This document shows positions 14,061-27,955 of a stretch of DNA of 64,000 bases, in pieces. This DNA is from Eledone cirrhosa. Its lineage: Eukaryota. Both the position numbers and the translations under genes were made by a program. The notes under the pieces are model-generated. The model searched no databases and was not told the DNA's origin. It worked only from the letters and a program-made list of their open reading frames with translations. Location of the stretch: NCBI GenBank assembly GCA_964016885.1, contig OZ024745.1:58094001-58158000 (forward strand), in the 5' to 3' direction. The stretch's first letter is position 1; the number at the start of each line of letters is the position of its first letter.

Positions 14061-14254
14061 GCGGTGCAAGGCGGTGGATTGGCAGTATCGGTAGAGAGTC
14101 GGACGCCATGCTTTCCAGTATAGTTACGTCCCTTTACGGTCTGAGTTCAAATCCCGCCGAGGTTAACTTTGCCTTTCATCCTTACGGGGTCGATAAAATA
14201 AAGTACCAGTAATACACTGAAATAATTGCTGGCCGTGTGCCAAAAGTAGAAACA
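14061..14254 (+). mobile_element. SINE family 1 with 18-bp TSD
   Basis: TSD attatgtaaattgcaaat at 14043-14060 and 14255-14272. A/B-box-like head. Confidence 0.9.
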
Positions 14255-14594
14255 ATTATGTAAATTGCAAATATAGCTTAGACGCAAATATAGCTAACTG
14301 TTTGTCCATATGTAAAAATATAATTAATTTATGATCGGTATTTAAGTACTAAGTACTATGATGATGATTTCTATTAAATGAAAACATATGCACTCAGGTT
14401 TCTCTAGCAACGATAAACCGTCCTTTTTCTTTCAGAATATTAATTTTTTCAGGAATTTATACATAATGCCTGGAAAATCTCTTAGCGTATTTTGTTTTTC
14501 GTCATCTGCTAAGCGGGTCGATTTAAAAGAATTGCAGCATTATTGTTTAGAAAACTCAGTACACTAACATTTGTCTTGATATAATCATACATAC

Positions 14595-14624
<30 letters not shown>

Positions 14625-14626
<2 letters not shown>

Positions 14627-14981
14627 GGTGGCTGCCAACTCGTTTTCGAGTACGGCCACTACTTTATATCCATGTAGGAGAACTCCTACCGATGCGCTGA
14701 ACGAGTGTGACTTTTTAGTCTAGCCAGCGACTTGAAAACTCTGGTACAAACACTACACTTGTGACAATTATTGACACATAGTGCTGGGCCCATGGTACCA
14801 TGTGACGACAAGTGTAAAGAGATCTCCAGATATAAAGCAATGCCTGTGCCGTGAAGCTTTTATAGTGTAGAATTCTAGGAGAAGGAAAACTCTGATATAA
14901 CACCTGGAACCCTGATGGTATCCAATGATGTTGACTTGTTCTTCTTTTTGGTAAATATCATCTTGGTTAAGAGAGTGGGAC
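14625..14981 (-). mobile_element. Truncated, internally inverted copy of the ~630-bp non-coding retroposon at 26627-27850
   Basis: 14625-14868 is the reverse complement of the unit's 3' part. 14869-14981 is a forward copy of about 26844-26955. Confidence 0.85.
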
Positions 14982-14997
14982 ATACATATATACATAC

Positions 14998-15109
<112 letters not shown>

Positions 15110-15427
15110 CGCTTAATAAACGATTATGGAATTTATTAAAGCACTCCACGTTATACAGATCATTCATCATAGATGTAATATCGCGTGACTGGTGCAGGAA
15201 CGGGATTGAATATTTATTCAAAACGCCACAGACTGGAATATTTCTTTAAAATTTTAACACTGCGAAAACACTATACATATTTCATTGGTTCAGATACATC
15301 ATCAGATCATGATGCAAGATATAGACGATTTCATCACGTGCTAGCTGCAGAATTAGCTATATAAGATAGCAGGGTTATGGGGAACAGAGAATAAAATATA
15401 TGAGATAGATAGTTTCGGGATGGCTTG

Positions 15428-15562
<135 letters not shown>

Positions 15563-15951
15563 TTTTCCTCATGAGTCAGATCTTTCGTTGCTACGGACCC
15601 CGCGGCTGAATTACCGGTCGCTGTCTTCATTTTGCAAAGCCCTTTAAACTGTATGTTATTACTCTGAGGTACTATACCTTGTCGAGTGCTTGGCTGCACT
15701 GCTGAAAGCATTCGTTGGCTTATATGTGGCTCGAGCTTCCAATATGCTGTCCTTCCATTTGTATATATATATATAAGAGAGTATTGAAGTTTGCTTGAAG
15801 CATTGTGGAATAATAAGGTAAATTTTGACAATGCAAATGGGTAAATCTCCGGGTAACAAGATCCGGTGGTGGAGAGAGAGATGTAAGTGGGTGTACGTTG
15901 AGATGCGTGGCGTGTATAAGACGTGTAGAGGAATCATATATAAATATATAT

Positions 15952-15982
<31 letters not shown>

Positions 15983-16068
15983 AATATATATATATATTTA
16001 AATATATATATATATATATGCACATATAATCCATGGATGGCTTGCCAAAATATGTATATATATATATA

Positions 16069-16459
16069 TATATTAATAAAAGGAATTCCAACTTTGTCTG
16101 ATTTACTCGTTTTATTTACAATCCTTTAACATTTATAATGGTATTATAATGAAATAGTATGGTAGAATATTAAATGTTAAGTGTTAATTGAACAAGTACT
16201 TTCATGCTTTCGCAATCTTCAGGTTCATAATATGTGGTGACAGTCAAGTTTGCAATTTTCAACAGTTGAAAATTGCAAACTTGACTGTCACCACATATTA
16301 TGAACCTGAAGATTGCGAAAGCATGAAAGTACTTGTTCAATTAACACTTAACATTTAATATTCTACCATACTATTTCATTATAATACCATTATAAATGTT
16401 AAAGGATTGTAAATAAAACGAGTAAATCAGACAAAGTTGGAATTCCTTTTATTAATATA
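16069..16459. repeat. Perfect ~390-bp palindrome carrying two minimal HHRs
   Basis: Arms mirror around base 16264. (TA)n on the left. Confidence 0.95.
16301..16339 (+). ncRNA. Minimal type I hammerhead, PLE type; mirror copy at 16189-16227 minus
   Basis: tgaac-CTGAAGA-ttgc gaaa gcat-GAAA gtac TT-gttca. Canonical core, stem III reduced to a palindromic GUAC loop. Confidence 0.85.
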
Positions 16460-17166
16460 ATCTTCTATACACAATCATACACACCCATGTATATTTATCT
16501 ATATATATATATATATGCACATATAATCCTTATCACACATGTTGGAAGAATCCATCCATGGTTGACCTCCACTGCTTTCTGTTTGGTTTTGGCCATGTGA
16601 CTCACCACGATTGTCCAATTGCGGTTAGTCGAAGTATTTAAGGCATAGTTGGGGTGGATGCCCGTTGATTCATAGTAGTTCATCCGCCATTTTAACAGCT
16701 CTTGAATTTTGTAGTGCTGGGGCGCCACCTACCCTCTTCAACAGACACGGATCTGGTGGGGGAGCCTGTTTGATCGTCGATCTTCCGACCATGAAGCTGG
16801 TTGTACTTGGTTACATGGCGCCAGTAGCAGGCAGAATTTGACCTACCACACTCACACAGAAAATTGTTGCCAGAGTACGTTGACATCTAGTATAATTTGA
16901 GCCATTTAAAAATATTTAGCCCTCTCATTTGCTCATCTTTTGTCTTAATTTTAATTCTAATTTTTGAATTCTAAATAAAACATTTAGAACAATTTTGTGA
17001 GATTCTAGCCCTCAGTGTGTGACAGACGGACCAACAATTCCGTTGCAATTATAATAATATAAATTTCATTAATTTTTTTCCACAGTCTTTTAATATCATT
17101 ATGTCAACGTTTTATTTGATATTAATACCAAACATATACACATATACACAAAACAATTACTCCACT

Positions 17167-17202
<36 letters not shown>

Positions 17203-17597
17203 CCCTCTCTCTCTCCTCCCTCTCTCCCTCCTCTCTTTCTCTTTCTTCCTCCCTCTCTTTCTCTATCTCACTCTATCTATCTTTCATTCTTTATCACACC
17301 ATACATACACATATGCACAAATACATGGAGGCATAACTTCACTCAGACATATACACACACACTACACATGAAATATAGCTTGATATTTGCCCGAAACATT
17401 CTGTAGACATTGATAAGACGATCTCCTACGTATGCTTGGCTATTTACCAATATGTCTACAGAACTATAGATATAAAGAAAATGTACATACTTGAAATTGT
17501 GATAGAAGAAACAGCAAAATATATCATAACGTGATCATAGTGAAATACAAGCCACATACATAAGCACAGATACATAGGCACTTATTAACACACATAA

Positions 17598-17640
<43 letters not shown>

Positions 17641-17654
17641 TGTATATATATATG

Positions 17655-17737
<83 letters not shown>

Positions 17738-17801
17738 GGCACGTATACTTATATATTGATAAATGGATATATGTGAGGTTTGAGAAAGTTATATATATAT
17801 A

Positions 17802-18786
17802 CTAGCATTAAAGCCTGGCGTTGCTCGGGGTCAGTAAGTTACCAAAGTTAGGTTGCACCACCCATTTTATGGCACCACACTTTTGTCTGCCAGGCACTGG
17901 CTGAATGAATTGCAGACCTGGACTGCCGAAGCAGGAGCTGCGCCAGCAGTGACAATTGTAGTTTCGCCTATGGATATTATCTCTGTGCAAAGAAGTGTTG
18001 AAATTAATTGTTTCACAGTACTTGCGCAACACGCGCGTAGACGATGCCAGCCGAACAACAGAGCTGCGATGGAGTTGTTCTGCATGGTTATCTAATGTGT
18101 GTTTTCTAAATTTAAGACAGTAGGGAGGGGTGTGATGTGGGGGAGAGTTAGCTGCTGTTTCTAACAGGTTTAGTGACCTCATAGAGGATATTATTGTCTA
18201 TAGTAAATAAACTGATACTTCTTTCTTCCACGTTCGTTGAGAGATGTTTTTAAAAAAATGTATCGCTATTCTTTTTGTTGTTGAATAAATGTATCTGTTG
18301 CTTTTGAATAATTGTTGTTTCGTATGAAATATAATAAGTTAACTTCGTTGTCATTGAAGTAAATAAATGTTTGACCATTCCACACTCAAAAACAAACGTT
18401 CTCTCTCTCTCTCTCTCACTCTCTTTTCTCTCTCTCCTTCATTTCTTTCTCTCTTCTTTCTTCGACGTTCCTACAGGAAGTTTGTAAGTTCAAGCGTATA
18501 TAAGAGAAAGTTGCAGCATATATGTAGCTTTATCGAATTTTAAGGGGAGTAGAGAGAGAGAATCAGATTGTATTAGAGAGGTAAAGCGTCATATATTTAG
18601 TTTTATCGATTTCCATAATTGTGGGTGAGTTTGAAGGAAATAAATAGTCGTTGACTTAAGTTAAACCTTTTACAACATTCTTACAGACTTTGAGTCGAAT
18701 CGGTTTGAAATTGTGCAAATGTATAAACATGGAACATGCAAACACACACACAACAACAACAACAATCTGCCTTTTATAGATAATGA
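17802..18786 (-). mobile_element. Non-autonomous Helitron
   Basis: Minus-strand 3' end ccccgagcaacgccaggc...atgCTAG|T. 5' end TCattatctataaaaggcag followed by a GT-rich tract. Confidence 0.75.
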
Positions 18787-18804
18787 TATTGATATATATA
18801 TATA

Positions 18805-18869
<65 letters not shown>

Positions 18870-18878
18870 GCGTATATA

Positions 18879-18909
<31 letters not shown>

Positions 18910-19294
18910 ATTTCGTTTTTGCATTTGTTTTGCAATATTTTTGATGGGCGGATCCTTTTGCCAATTAAAACACAAGCACCCGTTGTATTTTTACTTCAGT
19001 TATAATATTACTCGACTAATTAATCCCTGCCACTTTTAGTTTAGCAACTAGATGACTATTGAATTGTTTTAGATAGGGTGTATTGAACAAAATCAAAATG
19101 AAGAGGAGACCCTGAATGAGGAATATAACCATTGAGAATGTCACAGAATGTGTGACAGAAAAGCTATGACAATTAAATAACCTTCCGCTTAATAAACTTA
19201 ATGAGGAATGAATTAGGTAATCGATAAAAATCGGATAGACCCTTCGATAGGTTCGTGTGCTTTTATTTACAGCGTAATCCTCCGAAAAATATAG

Positions 19295-19336
<42 letters not shown>

Positions 19337-19395
19337 ATATATATATATATATAACCCACCCACACCCTCTCATGGTATATATATATATATATATG

Positions 19396-19597
19396 GGAAA
19401 TTGTACAAGACCCCGACGGCAGAGCTCAAGCCGTTTCGACGGCTATTTCTGGACGAAATTCTGGTCCAGAAATACCCGTCCAAAAACTTGAGCTCTGCCG
19501 TCGGGGTCTTGAACAATTTCCTATTATCCACTCTACTACCCAAAGTATTGAGTACTCTGGTGCGTTATGGTCCACGTGGTTCCTTACCACTCTTCTT
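19396..19597 (+). repeat. Fold-back short element, family D; other copies at 20547-20760, 20838-21030 and 63697-63890
   Basis: Shared aagaccccgacggc-gagctcaagccgtttcgacggc palindromic head and tail gtattgagtac...ggttccttaccac. Confidence 0.85.
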
Positions 19598-19599
19598 TC

Positions 19600-20766
19600 G
19601 TTCATCGTTCCAGCTATCCACTCCATAACATGAAAAATATCCACCACTCATCGCACACTCCACGGAACTATCTTAGAACTTAGCCATGGACATACACTCA
19701 CATCTTTTTTCGAATCACGCCACCTACATCCACACCACGTATAAACACCAACACACACGTGCGTACCCCCCACATATACACACTCATCCTCCGGAATCGC
19801 ACACGCCCCCATCCCCCACCTCTCTGACTTCCTTCCATCCACACGCACGCACACACTGACCTACACCCCACCCCACGTAACACACCTTTTCCTGAACATG
19901 GAATCTCGTTCTTCTCCCAACTCTCACATTCACATACACACGCGCACACACACGTACACCTACACTCATACACACACACCACCTTCAGCCCTCCCCGCTC
20001 GGACACCCCCCGCCTCCCTCTCCCAACTCCACCGGCCACCACCCCTACACGCCTCACACCCTTCCACAACTTGTTTATCTTTATGTTTATTTTTATTTTT
20101 ATTTTTATTTTTATTTTTATTTTTATTTTTATTTTTATTTTTATTTTTATTTTTATTTTTATTTTTATTTTTATTTTTATTTTTATTTTTATTTTTATTT
20201 TTATTTTTATTTTTATTTTTATTTTTATTTTTATTTTTATTTTTATTTTTATTTTTATTTTTAATTTTATTTTTATTTTTATTTTTATTTTTATTTTTAC
20301 CTCTTCCACCGTTTTTCCTCCCTTCACCCCCCCCCCTTTTTCTAATTATCTTTCCACCACTCCCCCACACACCCTCGGAACTCTCTTCCTACCCACTTTT
20401 CTCTTGATGAAGGGCTTATGCCCGAAACGTCCTTCCCCCACCCCCCACCCCCGCCCACACTCTCAAGAGCGTGAACCTAATAAACTTTTATTTGTACTGC
20501 CTCTCTGTTTCTGTTCCCGTCCAAGATTTAACTATATATATATATAGCGAAGGAAAAGTGGTAAGGAACCAGGTGGACCATAACGCACCAAAGTACTCAA
20601 TACTTAGGGTAGTAGAGTGGGTAATAGGAGTAAGTAAGACCCCGACGGCTGAGCTCAAGCCGTTTCGACGGCTAATTCTGTACTGAATCTGTACTAATCC
20701 AGTACAGAATTAGCCGTCGAAACGGCTTGAGCTCAGCCGTCGGGGTCTTACTTACTCCTATATCTA

Positions 20767-20837
<71 letters not shown>

Positions 20838-21525
20838 CAGAGGAATTGTGGTAAGGAACCAGGTGAACCATAACGCACCAGAGTACTCAATACTTAGGGT
20901 AGTAGAGTGGGAAATAGGAAAAAGTATGACCCTGACAGCAGAGTTCAAGCCGTTTCGACGGCTATTTCTGAGTCCAGAAATAGCCGTCGAAACGGCTTGA
21001 GCTCTGCCGTCGGGGTCATACTTTTTCCTATATATATATATATATATTCACGCTCTCGAGAGTGGGGGGGACGACGTTTCGGGCATAAGCCCTTCAGCAG
21101 GAGAAAAGTGAGTAGGAAGAGAGTTCCGAGGGTGTGTGGGGGAGTGGTGGAAAGACATTTAGAAAAAAGGTGGAGAGAGAAAAGGGAGGAAAAACGATTT
21201 TAGAAGTACAAATAAAAATAAAAATAAAAATAAACATAAAAATAAACATAAAAATAAACAAGTGGTGAAAGGGTGTAAGGCGTGTAGGGGGGGTGGCGGG
21301 TGGAGTTGGGAGAGGGAGGCGGGGGGTTCCGAGTGGGGAGGTCTGAAGGTGGTGTTTGTGTATGTGTGTAGGTGTACGTGTGTGCGTGTGTGTGTGTGTA
21401 TGTGAATGTGAGAGTTGAGGGAAGAAGGAGGTTCCATGTTCAGGAAACGGTGTGCGCGTGGGTGGGGGTGTAAGTAAGTCGGTGTGTGCGTGCGTGTGGG
21501 TGGAGAGGGGTCAGAGGGTTGGGGG
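19600..21525. mobile_element. Two diverged, oppositely oriented PLE-like 3' regions, each with an HHR motif (20404-20431 plus, 21073-21100 minus)
   Basis: About 19840-20470 matches the reverse complement of 21050-21525. Motifs tTGATGA and CTGcTGA followed by agggc ttat gccc-GAAAcgTC. The tail also occurs at 11450-11520. Confidence 0.65.
20085..20298. repeat. (TTTTTA)n microsatellite
   Basis: Direct reading. Confidence 0.95.
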
Positions 21526-22254
21526 AATATATACATATATATACATATATATATACATATATATATACATATATATATATATATGGGGGGGGGGTATATA
21601 TATATATATATATATATATATAGGTGGGGGTGGTTGGGATAGTGGTAGTGAGTGCGGTGGCGTAGGTGTAGTGGGAATGAGTAAAGCATATAAAGTAATG
21701 TAGTTTAAAATTAAAGAATTAATTACGATGAAGATGATGGGAATATAAAATTATAGAATATGAAGCATATGTACATCTGTGTTACCTATAGGTAGTTGAA
21801 TGTATGGTAATGGTGATGGTGTAAGCTATGATGGATGAATGGGAGAGTGGCGGTAAGGTGGTGTTGGTGTTATGTAAATATGTGAAATATATAAGATATA
21901 TGATGTGTGAATATAACTGATAGAGATAAAAAGGAATTAACAACAATGAAGATTATGGAAATATAAATATTGTGGAATTATCTATGGTGATGATAGTAGT
22001 GATCGTTTTTCAGGAAAATATAAGATAAAAGGTATGAGAAATAAATGAAGTAAGAGAAAAATTTTAAAAAGCTGAAAAATAAAAAAAATGAAAAGTTTTA
22101 AAGTTGGAAAGATGACAAAAATGATGCTTAAAATTAAGAAAATATAACTTAAAAATTGAAATATTATAATAATAATATAAACATAATATGAAGTAATATG
22201 AAATATATACTTATATATACATACATATAATACATATATATACATATATATATA

Positions 22255-23038
22255 AATATAAATTTAGTGAGAATCGCATTTCGACGAGTAGAAATTAGCG
22301 AAACGCAACTTCCGATTTGTGTTGGCAAGCGCTCAATGGATACGAAGATACCAGAGCAATAAACATAAGTTTAAAAGGCCATACAAAACTGAGACGATGG
22401 TTACGAAGCCATTAAGCACATAAGCCAAAAAAGCGAGCCAGTTAAGCGGGTCAAACAAAATAAGATATGATTGAAATATTTACCCGGACCCGCGGAAATG
22501 ATGGTAAAATCCGATATAGGGTTTCTGCGACACTTAAATTAATAATACTGTCTGCTTTAAAAAATAATAAGCTTTTGGTATAATGATCGAACAAGGATAT
22601 CAGTTTCTCACCAGGCATTTTATTCTGCATGTGAACTCCAAAGGGGAGAAAACCCCTACTTTTGGCAAATGAATTCGGTATATGTAGTCATTGCAAAAAT
22701 AGCACAAAACGAATTAACTCTCGACCGAGTAGTTTTTAAAATAAACTTAAGCGATTAATCAGTCAATAGAATTAACTAAAAAGATCAAAAAAATTAACTG
22801 GTTAATTGCTAGATATGGGAGATTAATACAAATATAGATTTAGCGAGAATCGCATTTCGGCGAGTAGAAATTAGCGAAACGCAACTTCCGATTTGTGTTG
22901 GCAAACACTCAATGGATACGAAGATACCAGAGCAATAAATATGTTATAAACAGGCATTTTGTTCTGCGCGAGGATCTCACAGTGTTTTGAAAGCACATGT
23001 GAACTCCTAAGGGGAGAAAACCCCTAGTTTTGGCAAAT
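22255..23038. repeat. ~577-bp unit with partial tandem duplication, in (TA)n
   Basis: 22255-22365 recurs at about 22832-22942. 22613-22668 recurs, with an insertion, at 22950-23038. Confidence 0.75.
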
Positions 23039-23199
23039 ATATATATATATACATATATATATATACATATGTAAGCTATAAAATATGTATTCCGCTTTAC
23101 ATTGTCCAAGGATAGAGTGACACATCTACTTCATTCTCCAAATATCTACACTATTTCCTTATTCCTCATATATACTTACATCTATTTCTTCCTTGAATT

Positions 23200-23747
23200 A
23201 TATTTATTTCTATAATGAGCCAAACTCGCTATCTTCAGGTCGGTATTCGTGCTAACCCTTACCTATGGTCATGAATTTTGGGTAATGACAAGCAGCCAAA
23301 CTGGGGTTCCTTCGAAGGGTCTTTGGAGTGACGTAACTCAATGGAGTGCGTAGCTTGTAGATCAGAGAGTCATTCCAGGAAGAGCCGCTATTTTTCCGGA
23401 TTGGGAGATCACAGCTCCGATATTACCGATATGTGGTTAGTATGTCTCAGTAAAAATCACTGGACAGATTTTAGGGTCAAAATGAACCGGCATGAGATCC
23501 AAAGGTAGTCACCGAATCAGATCGTTAGATAAATGGATGGTTTGTCTCGATTGGAGATCAAGCCGGATCAGCTGGAGACGGTTGCTTCTGACAAGATCCG
23601 ATGGAAGGTCTGTTTGAGAATTCTGGCCCCCCGACCCTCTCAGAAAGAAGAAGAAGAAGAAGAAGAAGAAGAAGAAGAAGAAGAAGAAGAAGAAGAAGAA
23701 GAAGAAGAAGAAGAAGAAGAAGAAGAAGAAGAAGAAGAAGAAGAAGA
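23200..23747 (+). pseudogene. 3' fragment of an RTE-clade (Expander/Rex3-like) LINE followed by (GAA)n
   Basis: Translates AKLAIFRSVFVLTLTYGHEFWVMT...AAKLGFLRRV and ends ctggccccccgaccc. A related scrap lies at 25493-25560. Confidence 0.7.
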
Positions 23748-26455
23748 ATGCTTATATTCCACTTGACATCTTGCTTTTTCATGCAAATATATTAGTTATA
23801 GCATAACACTTTAACTTGTAGTTGTGTTGCAGTAGATGCCATGTTTCTTGATCTCCAATATATAGCATAAACGAACATTCCTCACATTTGTCTGTTATTG
23901 TTTTCTTACATTCAATTTGAAATCGTTTTCATAACGAAAAGAACGAAAACTCAAGCGTGAAATGCCGAGATACAATTCTAATTTATTCAACATTTTACAC
24001 ACTGCATATACATGTCTTTTGCACGAATCCCTGCTGGGAGAAGTCTGGTTTATTGAAAACCCATTGCAGGTATTGTGTTTAATAAGACAATTCTCTCTAT
24101 CATTGTCACAAGAGTTGTGAATAGATATCAACATATGCCTTTCTTCTCCGAGCACTGGTAACTGCACTAAAGTCCTACCATGAACTAATGAAGAATATAT
24201 CAATACGCCAATTTTTCTGAGTTGTTGTTGTTGCTATTGTTTTTGTTATTGTTCTTTTGTTATTATTATTGTTCTTTTTCTTGTTGTTGTGGTGGTTTTT
24301 GTTGATGGTGGTGGTTGTGATGGTATTGGTGGTGGAGCTAATGTTGCTGGTAGTAATGGTGGTTGTGATCTTGGTGATGGATTTGGTGGTGGTGTTGGTG
24401 GTGGTTGTGGTAATGTTGGTGGCAGTGATGGTGACAGTTGTGGTGGTGATGGTGGTGGTGTTGGTGATGGTGGTAGTGATGGGTAAGTGGTTGTGATCTT
24501 GGTAGTGGTGGTGTTGATGGTGTTGATGGTGTTGGTGGTGGAATGGTAATGGCGCTAGTGCTGATAGTGGTGATTGTGGTGGCGGTGGTGGTGGTGGTGG
24601 TGGTGGTGGTAGTGGTAGTGGTGATGGTGGTATTGGCAGCGGCGATGGTGTTTTTGTTCGTGCTGCTTACTTAATATAAATTCTTATCATGTAAAGGTAT
24701 TATTGCAAATGTTCCCGACGTGACTATCTCATCATTTTGAACACAATGTACTGCATTACACTACATGTTTTTCTTTTCGTGAGACGGTAAGATGTGATTT
24801 TAATTAGATTTAGATATGGCTGCTATTTCTTGCATGTAGCATGTCCCCATAGTGGTACCCTCACTGGATCGGAAGTGGTATATTTAGATTGGTGAAGTGT
24901 AGTTTATTCATAGGTAACTGAATCCCAACTTGTGCTCGATATCTATCTGGTTGTTGTCAGTGCCTCTTAATCACATTTTGCGCTATTATCTTAAAATATG
25001 ATATTAAGATAGGTATTTCTGTTTTCAGCAAAACAATATATCAATGCTACGATGAATAATGGGAACTAATTGGAACCGTAGGGTAACACATTCGAAAATT
25101 ATTTCTAATTCTAGCAAAGCATTCTTAAAAGGAAACAGGTACTTGTATCTGATTTATTAAAACATGTTCTCGACACTGATACTCATGAGTCGCTTATCAA
25201 TCTATATTGTGTGTGGTTATAATCATCTCATTAGTTAGTGAAGATGTTTAGTCTGGAAATGTATGTATTCAACGAGTGACTAACAGAGTCATTAATTAAA
25301 TCCAAAATTAATTAATTCTCGCATCTAATATGGAAATATTGGAGGCGAAATTACATAGATGTCGTAGGTCACAAATGTTTAAGTATAAAGTATAAAGTTA
25401 TTCGGATTACATTTCGTTTCATTACACTAAATAAAGCACATGGTATAAATCAACAATGATACTGATATAAATTAACTATGTAATATAAAGTTCACAGCTC
25501 CGATACGATGGGCATGTGGTTAGAATGTCACAGGAAAGAATCGATCGACAGATTTTACGACAAAAGAAGAAGAGGAAGTAGAGGAAGATGTAATATTAAC
25601 AATTTGAACAGTAGCAGCAACTAAGTGAGCGAGGGGTTTATTCCACAAGGCCATTTGATAGAGTTAAAATAGCAGCCAATTCATTAAATCTTAACCTACT
25701 ATGTTTAAAGAGTGAGTGTATAGTGTAGTTTTAGGTACCACTATGTCTAAGAAGAAAAAAACAGTGACAGTAAGCCAACAATAGAAGGGGATTGATGACA
25801 ATATTTCACCTTTTTGTAGTAATAGGTGCTATCAGAAATTGCATGGTACGAAGCTATGATGCAAAGCAAACCTTTAATGATGCCAGCTCTCCCTTCTGGC
25901 TTACTTTCATGTCTATGTTAAAAGGAAAAATATATTAGTGGCTACAATACTACTACCAGTATTGTTCATCATATAACGCACCAACGAGTTGTTTTGTAGT
26001 TAACTGTTCAACTTCTTAGAAATAGTGACTGAATTTTATTTTTGTATTTTTATAATTTATTTCTAATTTTATTTTTTTATATATGTTTCTTTCTTCTTTG
26101 CGCTTTTTCTTTTGTGGTTATCCTGATGAAGAGCAAATGCCCAATACAATGACTGTAACTTCTTCTTCCTCTAACGATGAAACTCGCGCGAGACCACTGC
26201 CAACATTGTCTTCCTTTATTTATTTCTCCCTATTACTACTGCGTGTCAACACAGTTCCCTTTATCCTCCTCCGCCCTCTTTCAATCGTTTCTATATTTTA
26301 TCTGCTTTTCAACCACTTCACAGCTTTTCTTTTCTCTTTATCGATCACTAGCCACTGATTTCTACCCTTTGAGGTAATTTTACCCGGCGCTATCATTGAC
26401 GGCATTTGGACAGTTGTAATAACTATTTTGGCGTTAAGTTTCTCATTTTTCTGTG

Positions 26456-26521
<66 letters not shown>

Positions 26522-26526
26522 GTATA

Positions 26527-26594
<68 letters not shown>

Positions 26595-26626
26595 ATATGT
26601 AGGTATGTATGTATGTATGTATGTCT

Positions 26627-27850
26627 TGGTGCTACTGGTAACATGTATCCCAGTACAACCTGTCTCATGGTCGGGTCGTTGGCGACTAAACTGGCAACCC
26701 CACCAAGGTTTCTTGGTGAGGAGGGTGACTTTGGACATCCTGCAGGAATAAAAACAAAACCTGTCAAAGGGCAAAGGAGCTCTTAAGAGTCAATGGCCAT
26801 CCAAAATCACCGCGAGAGATGACCTCTTAGCCTTTGTCAAGGCAGAATTCTAGGAGAAGGAAAACTCTGATATAACACCTGCAACCCTGATGGTATCCAA
26901 TGATGTTGACTTGTTCTTCTTTTTGGTAAATATCATCTTGGTTAAGAGAGTGGGACTGGCTTTGTGCATGCCTTTGCTCACTATAAAAGCTTCACGGCAC
27001 AGGCATTGCTTTATATCTGGAGATCTCTCTGCACTTGTCGTCACATGGTACCATGGGCCCAGCACTATGTGTCAATAATTGTCACAAGTGTAGTGTTTGT
27101 ACCAGAGTTTTCAAGTCGTTGGCTGGACTAAAAAGTCACACTCGTTCAGCGCATCGGTAGGGGTTCTCCTACATGGATATAAAGTAATGGCCGTACTCGA
27201 AAACGAGTTGGCAGCCATCATGTATGTATGTATGTATGTATGTCAGGTCATCAGTTGGTGCTACTGGTAACATGTATCCCAGTACAACCTGTCCCATGGT
27301 CGGGTCGCTGGCGACTAAACTGGCAACCCCACCAAGGTTTCTTGGTGAGGAGGGTGACTTTGGACATCCTGCAGGAATAAAAACAAAACCTGTCAAAGGG
27401 CAAAGGAGCTCTTAAGAGTCAATAGCCATCCAAAATCACCGCGAGAGATGACCTCTTAGCCTTTGTCAAGGCAGAATTCTAGGAGAAGGAAAACTCTGAT
27501 ATAACACCTGCAACCCTGATGGTATCCAATGATGTTGACTTGTTCTTCTTTTTGGTAAATATCATCTTGGTTAAGAGAGTGGGACTGGCTTTGTGCAGTG
27601 CCTTTGCTCACTATAAAAGCTTCACGGCACAGGCATTGCTTTATATCTGCAGATTTCTCTGCACTTGTCGTCACATGGTACCATGGGCCCAGCACTATGT
27701 GTCAATAATTGTCACAAGTGTAGTGTTTGTACCAGAGTTTTCAAGTCGTTGGCTGGACTAAAAAGTCACACTCGTTCAGCGCATCGGTAGGGGTTCTCCT
27801 ACATGGATATAAAGTAGTGGTGGTACTCGAAAACGAGTTGGCAGCCATCA
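26627..27850 (+). mobile_element. Two tandem copies of a ~630-bp non-coding retroposon with (ATGT)n tails, probably RTE-related
   Basis: Units start ttggtgctactgg at about 26627 and 27255, contain ctaggagaaggaaaactctga, and end ctcgaaaacgagttggcagccatca(tgta)n. Confidence 0.8.
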
Positions 27851-27955
27851 TATATGTATGTATATAATGTGAGCGACCATGTGAATATAGCAGACAGAAA
27901 GAAATACATTTCAATCTTTTGATCATGAGAATTTCACAGCGCCAATATTTTTGTA

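Noticed and set aside
12773-14254. tRNA genes
   Set aside because: A/B boxes run into a shared body and tail with TSDs, so these are SINEs; no full cloverleaf.
24240-24650. Gly-rich or Val-rich ORFs
   Set aside because: Degenerate (GGT)n low-complexity tract; similar tract at 2030-2230.
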